A DNA stretch of 48,446 nt, counting the filler, from Sphacelaria rigidula (taxonomy: Eukaryota): NCBI GenBank assembly GCA_964200075.2. It is 2 parts of 2 records of this genome, joined end to end, with 100 filler letters (N's around TTAATTAATTAA, not from the genome) between each part and the next. Parts side by side here need not be neighbours in the genome. Positions count along the whole stretch, not along the records: positions 1 to 24,174 come from CAXNAA020000217.1; 1 more part is not named here. One strand, written 5' to 3'. Each line of letters starts with the position of its first letter. The first letter of the stretch is position 1. Position numbers and translations under genes: made by a program. A model generated the notes under the pieces. That model did not search any database. It saw nothing but the letters and a program-made list of their open reading frames with translations, and was not told the DNA's origin. Of the stretch, positions 12,301 through 24,274 are shown one piece after another.

Positions 12301-15300
12301 TGGCGAGTGTGCTGCAGTGCACTGTACTCAGCCCTACTGTGTATCCCCCGCTTTTGCATTCTCACGTGGCTATTCGTACGTTTCTGCGCAACCAAAACAT
12401 GAAATTTCTCCAGGTACGGAGCGTGCAGGAGTCCATCGAACAGCTGGAACGAGATCGAGAAGCGTCCACAGACCCGCTGGTGAGAATTCAAACATCTTTG
12501 TTTACAAGGCGTCTTGAAATTGCGAGATGAAAATTCCTGTTACTACTCGGTGTAGTGTTGGCGGAGGAAAGGAGAGGGGTGAGGTTGACCAGGGTGCAAG
12601 GGAGGGCAGCGGTGCACGGTAAACCCGTGACTCTGTGGAGAGCACACAAGGCTTCTCTATCGAGTGATGATGCACCCTACACCGTCGGCTTTCGAAAGGA
12701 TAACAACAAACTCTTCAAACTTTGTATGGTATATTTCAATCTCACAACCCTACATGGTATTGGGATTTATACTGCTTCGACCATGGACCCTCGCTTAGCT
12801 CTTGTCGGAAAAGCACTACGGGGCGGGGATTCATATTTCATACTTTGATCTCTTCTGCCTCCGAAACTGTACCCCGCGTCTCGGCCCGCGACAGGAGGTA
12901 TGCATACAGCACTGTCCAGTTTGATTATTTTCTGCGGCCCGAAATTGCGTGCACTGTACTCCCATTTCCTTGATATTGTGTGGCATCGTAAGTTCACAAC
13001 TTGAACCTCCGTGAATATTTCGTTCTCGTCATAGTTTTGTGGTGGAGTGCGATTGCTGTTCCATCAGAACGCGCCTACAGGAGATGGCTTTCGTTACCCA
13101 TCTCTGTGTCCGTGTTCCTTGCTAAAAGTTGCAATACTTGCATTGACACGCGTCGGCAACGAAGCCCAACCGCTCTCGAGCATTTCAAAGAGGGCGTTTT
13201 CGTTGTACGTTGACATATCGCCCCCTCTGTGTAGCCCTTCACCTATAACTTTTTGCTGACTAGACGAGGCGGTGTTCATATAGAAGTCGACATGAAAACC
13301 GCTCACAGGGAATGGACGTGGCGCGCTGTAGCCCAAGCTGTTTCAAGCCTCGAGAAGGAGTACGTGAAGCGTCAAAGAGGCCTCGGGGCACTGTTTGAAT
13401 GCTGGGCTGTCACATGTCGTGAGAGTCCACTTCGTCTGACCTCACTTTCTTTCTCGAGGTCTGAAGGCAATTTGTGGCACAGAACATTCAGCACGTGCGG
13501 TCGAGGGTTGGTTTTGAAAACACACTCGTATCCTCCCTAATGGCTCAACACCTTACTTTCATGTGAAAATATACGTAGTTTTAGTACACACGATCGATTC
13601 GGGCCCAATCCGGAGGGTACGCCCAGGTTCCCCCAGCACATGATTTGCCCTCTCCTAGCGCATGGTTCGGATTATCACGTGATGAGATTGAGACCTTCCG
13701 TTGTGTGCACGCTTTCACACCCTCACAAACCGCCGACACTTTTGCCAAGCTTTCCCAGACCACGATTGTAACATGATTTTCGTGGACACTTATGGTTCGA
13801 CTTCGACTTTTCGCCCTATACACTGAAATGCCTGCGGTGATGTGGTGGTCGTACTGTTGTAGCCAGCGTGTTATTCAAGCAGGTGGGCGAAAAATTCATG
13901 GTTGATGCTCATAGAACACTCACAGCTGCTGGCAGGGAAGTTGAGGCGCCGTGTGTGATATGCCAATCTCACTGAGGCAAAATATTATTTTCACATTGTG
14001 TCGTGCACGCCCTTCCTTGCCCCTTCCCCCCCACTCCCTCCCCCGACCCGATATAAAGGCGTATTTCACTCACACGCGTCATGCGGTACTTGCTGGCTTC
14101 CCTGTCATGTGATCAATGTGATCATGTGTCGGATTCTTTAGGCATGTCAATTGCGGGCCAAAATACAGAGAGTGCAGACAGACCTTCCGGGGGGACTAAG
14201 CTACAGCTCGTCCTCAGCGACAGTCATGTATGCCGGCGTTTATTTCAAAATGCCCTCTTCGTAGCTTCTTTTTTTTTTTCTCCACAATTCATTCGTCGTT
14301 GATTTCAAAAGCACGTCATCTGTGGTACAACATTTTCCGGCCACCAGTATTCTCCGGTCAACCTTGGCAATCTGTTCGCTGGACTCCCGATTATCAACAG
14401 TATTGAATCTACATCTCCTTAGACCGGCGGGCTAGCCGCTCCGGATACTTTGTGAAAGTCCCGAAAGTGTAATTTCACGTCGACTCAGTGGCCCTATAAT
14501 TTTTCGAGTCAACAATACCTGCCAGAGAGAGGCAGCGCATAAAAGAGGGCGCTTCTCTCTAGTTTCATCATCAAGGTTGAGCCCCGCGGCAGTCTTCATA
14601 TGTGGAAAAATCAACGAAGACGAAGGGTCCCGTGCGAATTTCTGGGGTACGCATATGAAAGTTTTGCGGCGTAGCTTTTGCCCTTGACCTGCTCGAGTGA
14701 AAAAAACGCTCCTGGCGATGCAAAGAGGGGTCCCCGGAGAATCATCGAAAACGGCGAAGAAAATTTGGACATTCATACATGAAATCATGCACAGATGCGC
14801 ACCCCTGCAGGGGACCGTTTTCACGGTCAGACGACAGTGGCTGTCATGGACCCCGTGTCAAAAATTCTGACGTTCTCTCACCCTTGACTCTAGGGCGGTG
14901 TTTTCATCCTTCTGCATACGCAACCGATACATTCACGGGTACGCTGGATTATACTGGTTGACGAAATCGTTTTGATCGCAATTCCTGCGCCCCAGCCTCC
15001 CTCCCTCTCTCTCTTTCTCTCTCTATCCTACCCTCTCTTGCCTCCCTTGCTGAAATTCCGTTACCTGGGTTCTAACACCCGTCGCCTCTCATATGCCTTG
15101 GTAGCCGAGGTCACGTGTGACGGTCAACCTGCGGTAAGGGTTCTGAACTGAACTCAATTGTTGAGGTGTTTATACTGTACTAAGGAAAATGAGGGCTGTT
15201 TGCGAAGAGCTCAAGGTGCCAGTCTTTGTAACGCCCTTTTTGATGTGTTTAGTAGAAGAGGGTTGCATGGTTCGAGCCGGGGAGCAAAATGTGGCTCCAT

Positions 15301-16979
15301 CGATTTCGGGCTACGGCGTCGTGTGTTTTCAGCTAACCTTCGGCTCTCCTGCCCCACCCTGTATTCCCCCCCTTCCCCCTCAGCCCGCGCGGCATGCTTG
15401 GTTGTGCACATCTTGCCGTCCAGTTTCCCCATACGCTTGGCGTACTAGGATGGTCGTGGGGTCACATTGTGCAGCATTTATATCGACGACGGATGTGAAA
15501 TGAGACCGGCGCTTAGTGACTCGCCATCTCTGTCCATACAGACGAGAAGCTGCACATCAATCCTCGCAGATTATAGAGGGTAGTTTGGGAGCACTGTATG
15601 GCCGGGCGACCTGCCCTTCTTGTCCAATTTCAAGCTCGAGGGGAGGCAAGGATGGGGTGGAGAGAGAAGTTCATCCTTCGTCAGTTGAAGAAACCGCAGC
15701 CCCACGCCTCCCCCCCCGTACTCCCTCCCCTTATTCTCGTCTTGAAGTATAACCAGACCCATAATTTCGTTACTGGTCGAAACTTGAGTGCTCGTATCGG
15801 GGTAGGGGAGTGAACGAGGGCATCATTCGTCCACTCTTTCGTTTCGGTCTTGGCGCATCATGATCGTCCCGAAGCATTAGGAGCGGTAATGGGTTTCGTG
15901 CGAAACATCGCGTTTGCTTCGGCCTAATTTGTCCTCGGGGCTAAATCTCGCAATCTCGATATTCGAAATTCGGTTTCAGATTTCAACAAAATGGGCGCTG
16001 TCTTCAAGCGCACCTTATGAATGAATTTTGGACGATTTCTGTCCGTGGAGAATTTCAACCGAAACGGAGGATTTACTGCTCATTTCATGTTTTTCGAAGA
16101 TGCTCGTAAGATGAAACACACCAGTACATCTTCAATCAGTTCATTTTGAAACGCGTAGACTCTGATTTTTTTTCTTCTTGTAGTCAATGCCCTTCACATC
16201 ATCCCGCACCAGGTGCCCCTTATTCCAGGACACATACCCACGACCGCCGTCCCGCGTCTTCCGGATTATACTTCTACCACCTACGCATACAGCGTACACG
16301 TGGTCTTCTCGTGACTGTAATCGACCCTCTTGCACGGATAGAGGACGTTTCATAGTTACGTACCTCTTTCGAGACCAAGTGTCAGTCCAAATTGTGAAAG
16401 TGGGTGCGCAACGTAAAACTGTTCCCACAAGTACGTCCTCTCTACCGTGTGGATAGCATGCCTACCCCTTCTACCCTGAATAAATCACCTGCGAAGTGCG
16501 ATCGACATGGCTGAAATACGTACGGGTTCTCACACATCGGGAGATGGTTGACCCCCGACTTGTCTTTGTCCATCAACATCTCTTCTCAGTTCTCCCTTAT
16601 TTTTTGGTCACAAGTTTTTTTTTGATTGCATCGGTTGCGTTCTCCTCCTTCCATCGTACGTCACACCCCCTTCCCACAGCTTACCCCGCTGACACATATA
16701 CGATGACTACAAAACATCTGCATGACGCCGTTCTTGGTGAGGAGCAAGAAGTGAAAGCGTTGTTTTTTCCAAACATGAAATGAGTGAAAGCTGTAGTTAC
16801 GCAACATGTCTTGTACTTACACCTCCTCCGCCCGCCCCCCGCCCCCCCCCCGCCCCCCCCGCCCCCCAACGGAACCACAGGCCGCCGAAGCCCCNNNNNN
16901 NNNNAAAAAGACAATTCTTTTTTTTTTCCAACCAAAAATAATTTGGATATCATTTTTTCCCTCTCTCCCTTTTTTCTTC

Positions 16980-17015
<36 letters not shown>

Positions 17016-20000
17016 CAAAACTCATGTCGAAAGTGAGAACACATGAATGACACCGAATAACAGAAAACCCCTGAATGTCTTTAGTGGGGTCCGAGATTGA
17101 GCCCCTTTGTCCGCCACGGCCGGGCATCAGAGTTCTACACATATCTAGTGATTTGAACATACATGTCGACTCAACAGATTGCCCAACCTGGCGGCCAAAG
17201 GGTCAACGCATACACGGTGAAGCACAGCAGTGGCTTGTGAGCGGTAAACACGGCATGACTCCCCCATAATCTCCTTGACCCTCAATACACTTGTGGGTGA
17301 CGATACAACACATGACGACAACGAATAAAAAGTCTCGGGGGGGTTGTATCGAGCCGACAATCAGCGATTTTCTCGAGAGTCGGCATGTCACGGTAAAACC
17401 CCACCACAATAAAGATGCGTGGAACGATGCCCATTCTGTCATGAGGACAGACGTTCGCTAGTGTGTCTACAACTCCCACGATTGTGAAACGGTGGAGTTG
17501 CTGCGAGTTTTGTCGTCGAAGAACCCATCGTTGGAAACACTCGATGGTAGCTTCGACACACGGATTTGGATCTTTACCGGGGCTTACAGTCCTGTGCTAA
17601 CACACAGCCTGCACGAAACGCATTTTTGCTCAACTCAGCGCCGAGTTGATATCTGCGGGTTGATAGCTGTCAAGGTTTTCTCTCCCCTTTGACGCTGTCG
17701 TCATCGCGGTTTTGCCTCTGTTTCGGAGTCAGGGTGAGGGTTGGGACTCGGAGTATTCCGCATGTGTCAACCATGGATATCTGACGATGAGCTCGAGCAC
17801 TGTTGGCCCACATTTCGAAATTAGGCAGCTCCAACGGAAGGGCGACGGTGTCAAGAATACTGTCGCTCAAAAAAGAACAGCTTTTTGCCGAACCGATCCG
17901 ATCCCCCCCCTTCCCCTCAGTCCACCACAATGCGACATTTGCTATTAATAGTTTTATGTGATGTACATTCTGCAAAAATGAAGCGAAAGCCGTATCCAAG
18001 ATGTTTTCCGTTACAAATGTTTTTTTTTTTTTTTTATCATGAAACAACACCATATGTGAACAGGCTGCGGAGGAGATGGACCTTCGATTGCGACTCCTGC
18101 GGCGGAGGGGGGAACTCGTGATACACTTCGCTAGCTGTGGTGAGTTTCAGAGGGTCCCTGTTTAACTTGATTTGATATGATCGTCGCACTTCAACTGACC
18201 CCTGAGGGATCCAGCCGTGGTTGCATGGCAGACGTACCCAAGACACAACAAAATTGAGTTTGGGGGTGGAGAATATGGAAATCCGACCCATGCTTTCATG
18301 TTTTCGGATTTCGTGCGAATATGGAGCAGCGTACGCGCTCTAGTACAATTTACCCCACTTGTTGGTACGGGGGTGGGGAAATGAGGACAACATCGCAACG
18401 AGAAAAATAAAATAGAGAGCGCATGTGCTCTATCTGATGGGCGGCGGGTCCATAAGTACGGGTTTATTTTCATAGTACAAGCACTAATTCCAAGCGATTT
18501 TATTTTAATGTTTGTCCTGTCCCTCTACGTTTCATAGCACATTTTATAGTACAAACTTGATTTTCGTAGAGGTTCCGTCACACATGGTTTCGCCGGTCTT
18601 CTGGTGCCCGCAGCCGCGGTGCAGCACCGTGCGGAGGCAGGATGATATCCAAGACGAATGTAGTCTCACAAGCGGCGCTCTGTCTATTGGGTTACTGGGT
18701 AGTGTACCCAACGTTCGCTATGAGTGTCTCCATGCCCGCGGTATGGTTGCGGTGGGTTGGTGTTGCAGTCTCCATTTGCGCTTAGGTTGCTGCTGCATCT
18801 GCACGGATTGGATACCCCGCACGATCCAAGATGGCTCCACCGTCGTCGTTGTATGGTGTTTCATGTTGCTCGGACGGAATATAAACCGGGAAAAAGACTC
18901 GACACGCATCAATGCTGCTGCCCCCCTTTTGTAGACTGTCGTGCTGTTGTTCTGGATGACTCGCGTTGATCGATGCCGTACAGACATGCATGACTCGCGA
19001 CAGAAAATTGTTGCGGTACAACGCTGGAGATAACCAAGCACTCTACACACAGGACATCAGACAGCCAACGCAAAAATGTATCTCTCTTGTGTACACGGTT
19101 CCGTGTGCTACACTGCCGCTTCCTTTCGAAGGTGTACGCTTCGCTTGCTTTGATTTGGTGCCATCTTGGTGTGTATCAAAATATTATCGATGCTGACTGC
19201 ACTTTTTTTCCCCCCAGCTCTCCCCCTTCTGTCCTGGGCTGTAGCAAGCCAACGGAGGAAATTCAAGTCCAGAACAGGCCCGGACAACAAATAACCGAAC
19301 AGTGCAATCTTGCTGACCTCTCTGCGGCAGATAGGGTTTGAATAATGCACATGTCCAGCGATAATCCCGACAAGAATCATGGAAAACAACGGAAAAATCG
19401 ATGATTTCAATTTAATTATTTCATAACGACCCGTGGCTACGAACTCGGTGCCATCTGATGACGCATTGTTTCCAAACGCGTTGACCGATTCCTGTTGGCG
19501 GTTGTTGCGTTGGACGGATCAAGCTCTCTCAAATTCGAACGTATCCATTACAAAGTCGAAGGCGGGATCGTGTAGTATTGTAACGCAAATCTTGACTATC
19601 ATCCTATCGCCATACTCAAGTTTGATGGTTAGTAGTGTATGATATGTTGACCTCAATTTATGGGAGGCTAATGTAAGCAGGACGCTTGAACGATGGGCGT
19701 GGCCCGCCTTCGAAACAGACGGCATGTAGGTGGTAGCTTCTCACTGCATGCAGCGTGTGCGGAGCGTATGAGTACGCGACGGGGACTTGTTTTTGGTAAG
19801 ACTTGCTTGCAGGGCAGGGCTTGGGACAAGGAATGGAATCACGGACGGGGGGTGCAGTGCTGCCTCACCCAGAGTAAGGATCATACCCCGTCACCCGGAC
19901 TGAGGATTGGAAGATGACAGGCCTAGGGTCACAGTCCTGGTTGACGGCCCCGAGTCAACGAGTAACCGAGTCGGATCGCATATAGCTGAGGTTTGTACGG

Positions 20001-22444
20001 TGTAGTCGATATTAGTTTATATTCAATTTGTTTTCCCGATCTATTTGGTTCAGGGCTGGAGTCTGACATGCGGAAAGGGATATTTTTGGCAGATCCCCGC
20101 GACGTGGATGCAATGATCGCGAAGGCCCACGAGGCCTACGGAAGTCGACGACCCCCACAAGGCTGGTGAGAGCGGTGCTACCTGTACGATTATTTGGATG
20201 TGCGTCCGTATAGCCGTCGCACTCCGCTGTAGTAAATCAACATCGTCCGACTGTCAGCCTCAGGGTGGAGACATTGTGAGTTTGATTCCCGATGCGATGG
20301 GTTTTTTCTTCGGAGGTGTCTGATTTTCAACGACGGAAGCGTGAGTACGTGAGTCAAGAAGTAGTCGACTGAGTTGCTAGAACGAGAGTTGACGCGATGC
20401 AGGAGCGCTGGCCCAACCCGCGAGGCCAAAATGCAAGTACCGGGAAGAGATGGATTGATCCTTCTCGGAAACACTGACTCCTTCTGAGGATAAGGAAGAG
20501 TTCAAAAAGCGACAAATGAGTAGATGAACAAATCAATAGTGAGAGTCGTCGAAGGGAACCGCACATTCTTCACGATGAGCCCCCCCTCCGCCCCGGTGAC
20601 GTATGTTTGGATTTGAATCTTCTGACTGTAGGAAACTTGTGGGTGAGTGCAGGGGAGAATTCAAAGCCCCTGCCACACTCCTGTGGATCCGTTTGGCGGA
20701 GATCGTTTCGTTCCCTGCTCATGACGAAACCTGTATGTTTTTGCAGTTTTAAGTATACAAGTTTTGGAACAAGTTTTGATAGCAGGGGTATATATATATA
20801 TATATGTATGTAACGTGCATCATGTATATCAAATTGCCTGAAGTCGGGACTGACAAAACAGCGGAGCCATGCAATGCCTTTTATTTCTGTGCCGTGATGC
20901 TCAGCGATGTTACCGTTCTACCTTGATTCGACCTATACAGACATTCGGAGGCACCAGGAAAACGCCGTAAGTCAATTTTTGATCCACCTCGGACCAAATA
21001 CCACCAATGTTACTATGAGCATCTCATTCCTCGGCTACACTTGTATTTGGATCGATACCATATGCTCTAACGAGCTCAACCCCTTCCGTCCTGCCGCCCG
21101 CTCTCCTGCTTTCACGGGTTCCGTCCTGCTGTTGAGAAGGGACTCGCTAGGTCGATTTCCGGACCCGATGATTCGAGAGCACTTCTTGGAGCAGATGCGT
21201 GCGCACATGGTCGGTGGGGGCGGCATGCTCTCGGCGCCTGACTCGCCCCTTCCGCCTAGAGGACCTTTTTGGACCGAGGGTAGCGGGGCTAATGCGTTGG
21301 ACGATATTCGGGTAGACGCAGGGCAGCACCCGCACTTGCGTCACCCACAACATCATCCGTCAAGCGCGCAGCACCCGGTGTGTGTTGAAGAATGACGGTT
21401 TGGGGGCAGGAGGGCAAAGGATGATGCACACCCAACTGTGTCACCATGATCATGAACAAACGTGAAACGATCGGGACCGTGCTCATGTTTTGCTGTTGGT
21501 ATTCTAGTAGTGTGTATCCCTCCTTATCTGAGGGCGGTTATGGGTTATGGTGGCATGCGCATAAGGTCAGATGGTGGTGGAGAGGACAGGGGAGCACCTC
21601 ACCCGTCAGTTATCGCAAAGTATTTGTGTGGGGATTGCGTCGTTGTGGCTATCGAACAGAGCCCCGATTTTTGAAGCTTGTGCGTTGAAGAAGTCAACAC
21701 TCGTTGACAAACAACAAAAACACGACAAGGAGCGCCCAAAACGCGAGTCGCCTGTGGGGTCTCCCAACACTTTGTTTTCGTCATCGTTGTACTTGATCTG
21801 CCGTGCTTTGTTGATCCTCGCAGCAGATACACCGACCGCCCCGTACGCATTCCGGCGGCGGCAGCGGAGGAGGAGGAGGAGGAGGTGGTGGAAGCGGTCG
21901 CCTCCACCCCTCTCACTGGCCACAACCACACTCGCACAACCAACACTCTTGGCAGCCAGAGCCACCCCAGCGACCCCTCTACCCGCAACAAAGGGATGTC
22001 GAGCACCCTGGTCCTATCGGTAACTACCAGGACCCATACTGGAGTCCGCCCGCCTCCGCCGGAACGATGGCAGGTGGTGGTGGCGGCGGAAGCGGACTCG
22101 CGCGAGGCACCGGAGCGGCTGTAAGCCCCTCAGAATTCAACCGCATCCGCCAACCGGGGCGAGCGGAGTACCCGCCATCGAGCGAGGCAACGGGATCGTC
22201 GTCCTACCCATTCATCGGCCAACCCGCGACCTCAACGTCGGGGCAACCGCTGCAGCACCAACAGCCGGGACCGTTGGTGAGCTCTCCGCCTTCGCGCTCC
22301 GGAGGGCATGGGCATAGCGCCTCCTCGGCGACGACCGGTGGTGGCGGTAGCTATATGCACGCGGTCGGGACACAACATCGTACGGACCAGTGGGATAGCG
22401 GTGGCGGCGTGCCTGAAGGTTGGGCCTCAGCTGCAGGAAGCGGG

Positions 22445-22475
<31 letters not shown>

Positions 22476-23099
22476 GCGGCGGTGGGGATCACCATCCAGA
22501 TGACCGCGGAAGAGGACACTCCGCGCGCCATGGCGTATGGCGCCACGGTGGGAGATTGACGCCGCCCCAGCCACCCGTCGGCAGCGCGACAGATCGCCGA
22601 GGTTGGGGGTCCGTTGATCTAGCTAGTCCGCCGGAGCGCGGCCTACCGCCGCCGGCGATTGGGACCTTGCCGTCCATTTTCGAGCGGGCAACACATCTGG
22701 CCCGACCGGAGGGGATGCTTTTGCCTCCTGCCGCCTCTGCTCCTGTTTCGGGAAGCACAGGTGGCTCATCCTCGCTTGGTCGCCTACCTTCGGTGGGAGA
22801 CGGAGGGCAACAAGCCGTTGGCATCTCCGGTAGCGGTGGAGGGGGAGGCGGGGGCGGGGGCGGGGGGGCGGGGGGGGGGAGGAGGGGGCGATCGTGAGCA
22901 CTCTCAGTGGGCGAGCTCCTTCCAGCAACAGCAGCCTCCGCTGTCCGCGTTCGAGCACAGAGCATCGTGGGCAAGAGAAAGGCGCCCAGAAGGTGGGCTT
23001 GCGTCCGTCGCCCCAGGTGGGAATGGTAGCAATAGGGGGATTGGTGGCGGGGGAGGAGAGAGAGGGGCGCAGCAGCAGCAACAACAACAACAACAACAA

Positions 23100-23139
<40 letters not shown>

Positions 23140-23498
23140 GTCGATTGTCGACGGACCCATCTCCGCCCTCCGCATCCTCTGCCGCCTCTTCTCGATTTCC
23201 CAGCGGGGCGCAACGCGCGGCGCCGGTCGGTTTGGGCGGAGATTTTGATCGCCGAGGCGGATACGACGGGCAGGCGGCGGCGGCGGCAGCGGCGGTGGCG
23301 GCGGGGGAAGAGGGGTTGGGGATCCCCCGAGCGCAGCAAGGTTCGCCCGGTACATCGCGCGAGTTATCGTGGTCTTCTGCTTCGCTGCAACAGGGAGCGC
23401 AGGGAGGGCAGCAGCCCACCCCAGATGGAGGAGGGCCAGGGGCGAACTCTAGACGTAGTTCGTCATCTTTGGACAACGCTCGAGCCTCGCATTACTGA
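6187..23498 (+). CDS. RWP-RK domain transcription factor (NIN/RKD-like family), 8 exons
   Basis: Phase-consistent GT-AG exons: 6187-6734, 7123-7220, 8136-8218, 12414-12479, 18064-18139, 20054-20165, 21140-21377, 21824-23498 (last exon needs a 1-nt correction in the G-runs at 22862-22879). The spliced domain reads KGITLEALQGQYYRPLSDVAKDLRVSVARLLKKCREFGILRWPYRHVRSVQESIEQLE, matching the RWP-RK pattern ITL..L..YF..P...AK.LGV....LKK.CR..GI.RWP.RK. The start codon and exons 5-8 are less certain than exons 2-4. Confidence 0.85.
6256..6318 (+). repeat. Coding (CAG/CAA)21 polyglutamine tract
   Basis: Read directly; in frame in RWP-RK exon 1. Confidence 0.95.
8136..8218 (+). CDS. RWP-RK core exon (VAKDLRVSVARLLKKCREFGILRWPYRH)
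   Basis: Acceptor tttgcag| and donor |gtgagt; encodes the namesake RWP motif. Confidence 0.92.
16895..16904. other. Assembly gap (10 N) between C-homopolymer-rich, probably low-quality sequence
   Basis: N-run with long C-runs nearby at ~16825-16867 and ~16981-17014. Confidence 0.95.
18440..19462 (+). repeat. Dispersed ~1-kb non-coding repeat, copy 1 (in an RWP-RK intron)
   Basis: Colinear with the reverse complement of 41592-42670 along its length, e.g. ggtgttgcagtctccatttgcgcttag, acaacaaataaccgaacagtgcaatcttg, tgtttcatgttgctcggacggaa. Confidence 0.9.
20225..20538 (+). mobile_element. SINE-like repeat (degenerate B-box-like head, shared body, A-rich end)
   Basis: Shares blocks with 40385-40615 and 40716-40912: gtg(a/g)gtttgat(t)cccga, acgtgagt, gagttgacg.g.tgc.ggag.gctg, gagatgg.ttgatcc, gcgacaaat. 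Confidence 0.6.
23070..23138 (+). repeat. (CAG/CAA)23 tract, polyglutamine in the frameshift-corrected last exon
   Basis: Read directly. Confidence 0.9.
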
Positions 23499-24101
23499 CG
23501 GGGACGTTTGGCAGCGGTGGGTGCTTTGTTGCTGGGCGTGGGTCATCTTTCTGTCGAGGTTGTGAATGATGATGGCTGTGTTAAGTCGTCGTGTTTGCGG
23601 GGGGGGGGGGGGGGCAGGTTGGCGGCAATAAGAGGGAGGGAGCAAAGCGGGTGAGTCCCGTATTCTTTCGTGATGTGAAGAGTGTTGCGTTTTTTGCGGA
23701 AGAGCTTGCATTTCTCGTTTACATTCATACATTTTTTATACTACCATCACGTGTATTGCGGCACACTCGTATTCTCTCGCCTTTCATGCCTCATTTTATT
23801 GAGTCAGAACAGGGCAGGATGGGGGCGCCATGTCGCCTTGATGTACCTACCAAGTGAACTTTTTTTTTTCTCGCCGGTGATTTTTGCCCCGCGATGTGAT
23901 GCTGTCCCCGTGTATTTTTTACGCCTTTCCACGGCGCGCTAATTCGTTTCTTTAGTTCCCGGGTGCGTGTTGTGTGTAGAGTGCGTGAGAGACAAGTCAA
24001 GAACGAACAGTTGGCCTTCTGCGGCATCTCTGCTTTCTTTGTGTTCTTGTTCATATACCATCGCGGCGTCGAATGAGGGGTACGAGCGGGGGGGGGGGGG
24101 G

Positions 24102-24174
24102 TGCGCTCTCACTTAATATTTTCCCTTGGTCATATCGCTATTAGCGCTGCCCTTAGTACCAAGCGCTGGGGAGG
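24102..24174 (-). mobile_element. Diverged 3'-end fragment of the C-tailed LINE family (candidate)
   Basis: Minus-strand aagggcagcgctaatagcgatatgaccaagggaaaatattaagtgagagcgca-(C)14 aligns loosely with aagggatgcgtggtcaatggtcaaacgacgaaggcaagcaacaaatgagtacgctg-CCCC. Confidence 0.4.
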
Positions 24175-24274
24175 NNNNNNNNNNNNNNNNNNNNNNNNNN
24201 NNNNNNNNNNNNNNNNNNTTAATTAATTAANNNNNNNNNNNNNNNNNNNNNNNNNNNNNNNNNNNNNNNNNNNN
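24175..24274. other. Artificial scaffold spacer (44 N + TTAATTAATTAA + 44 N)
   Basis: Exactly 100 bp and symmetric. TTAATTAATTAA gives stops in all six frames and is a standard pseudomolecule linker. Confidence 0.95.

Noticed and set aside
22489-23476. Minus-strand ORFs with poly-Cys, poly-Leu and poly-Ala
   Set aside because: They are antisense readings of the CAG/CAA and GGC repeats of the RWP-RK exon.
24219-24230. TTAATTAATTAA as a biological palindrome or piggyBac target
   Set aside because: It is centred in a symmetric 100-bp N spacer, so it is an assembly linker.
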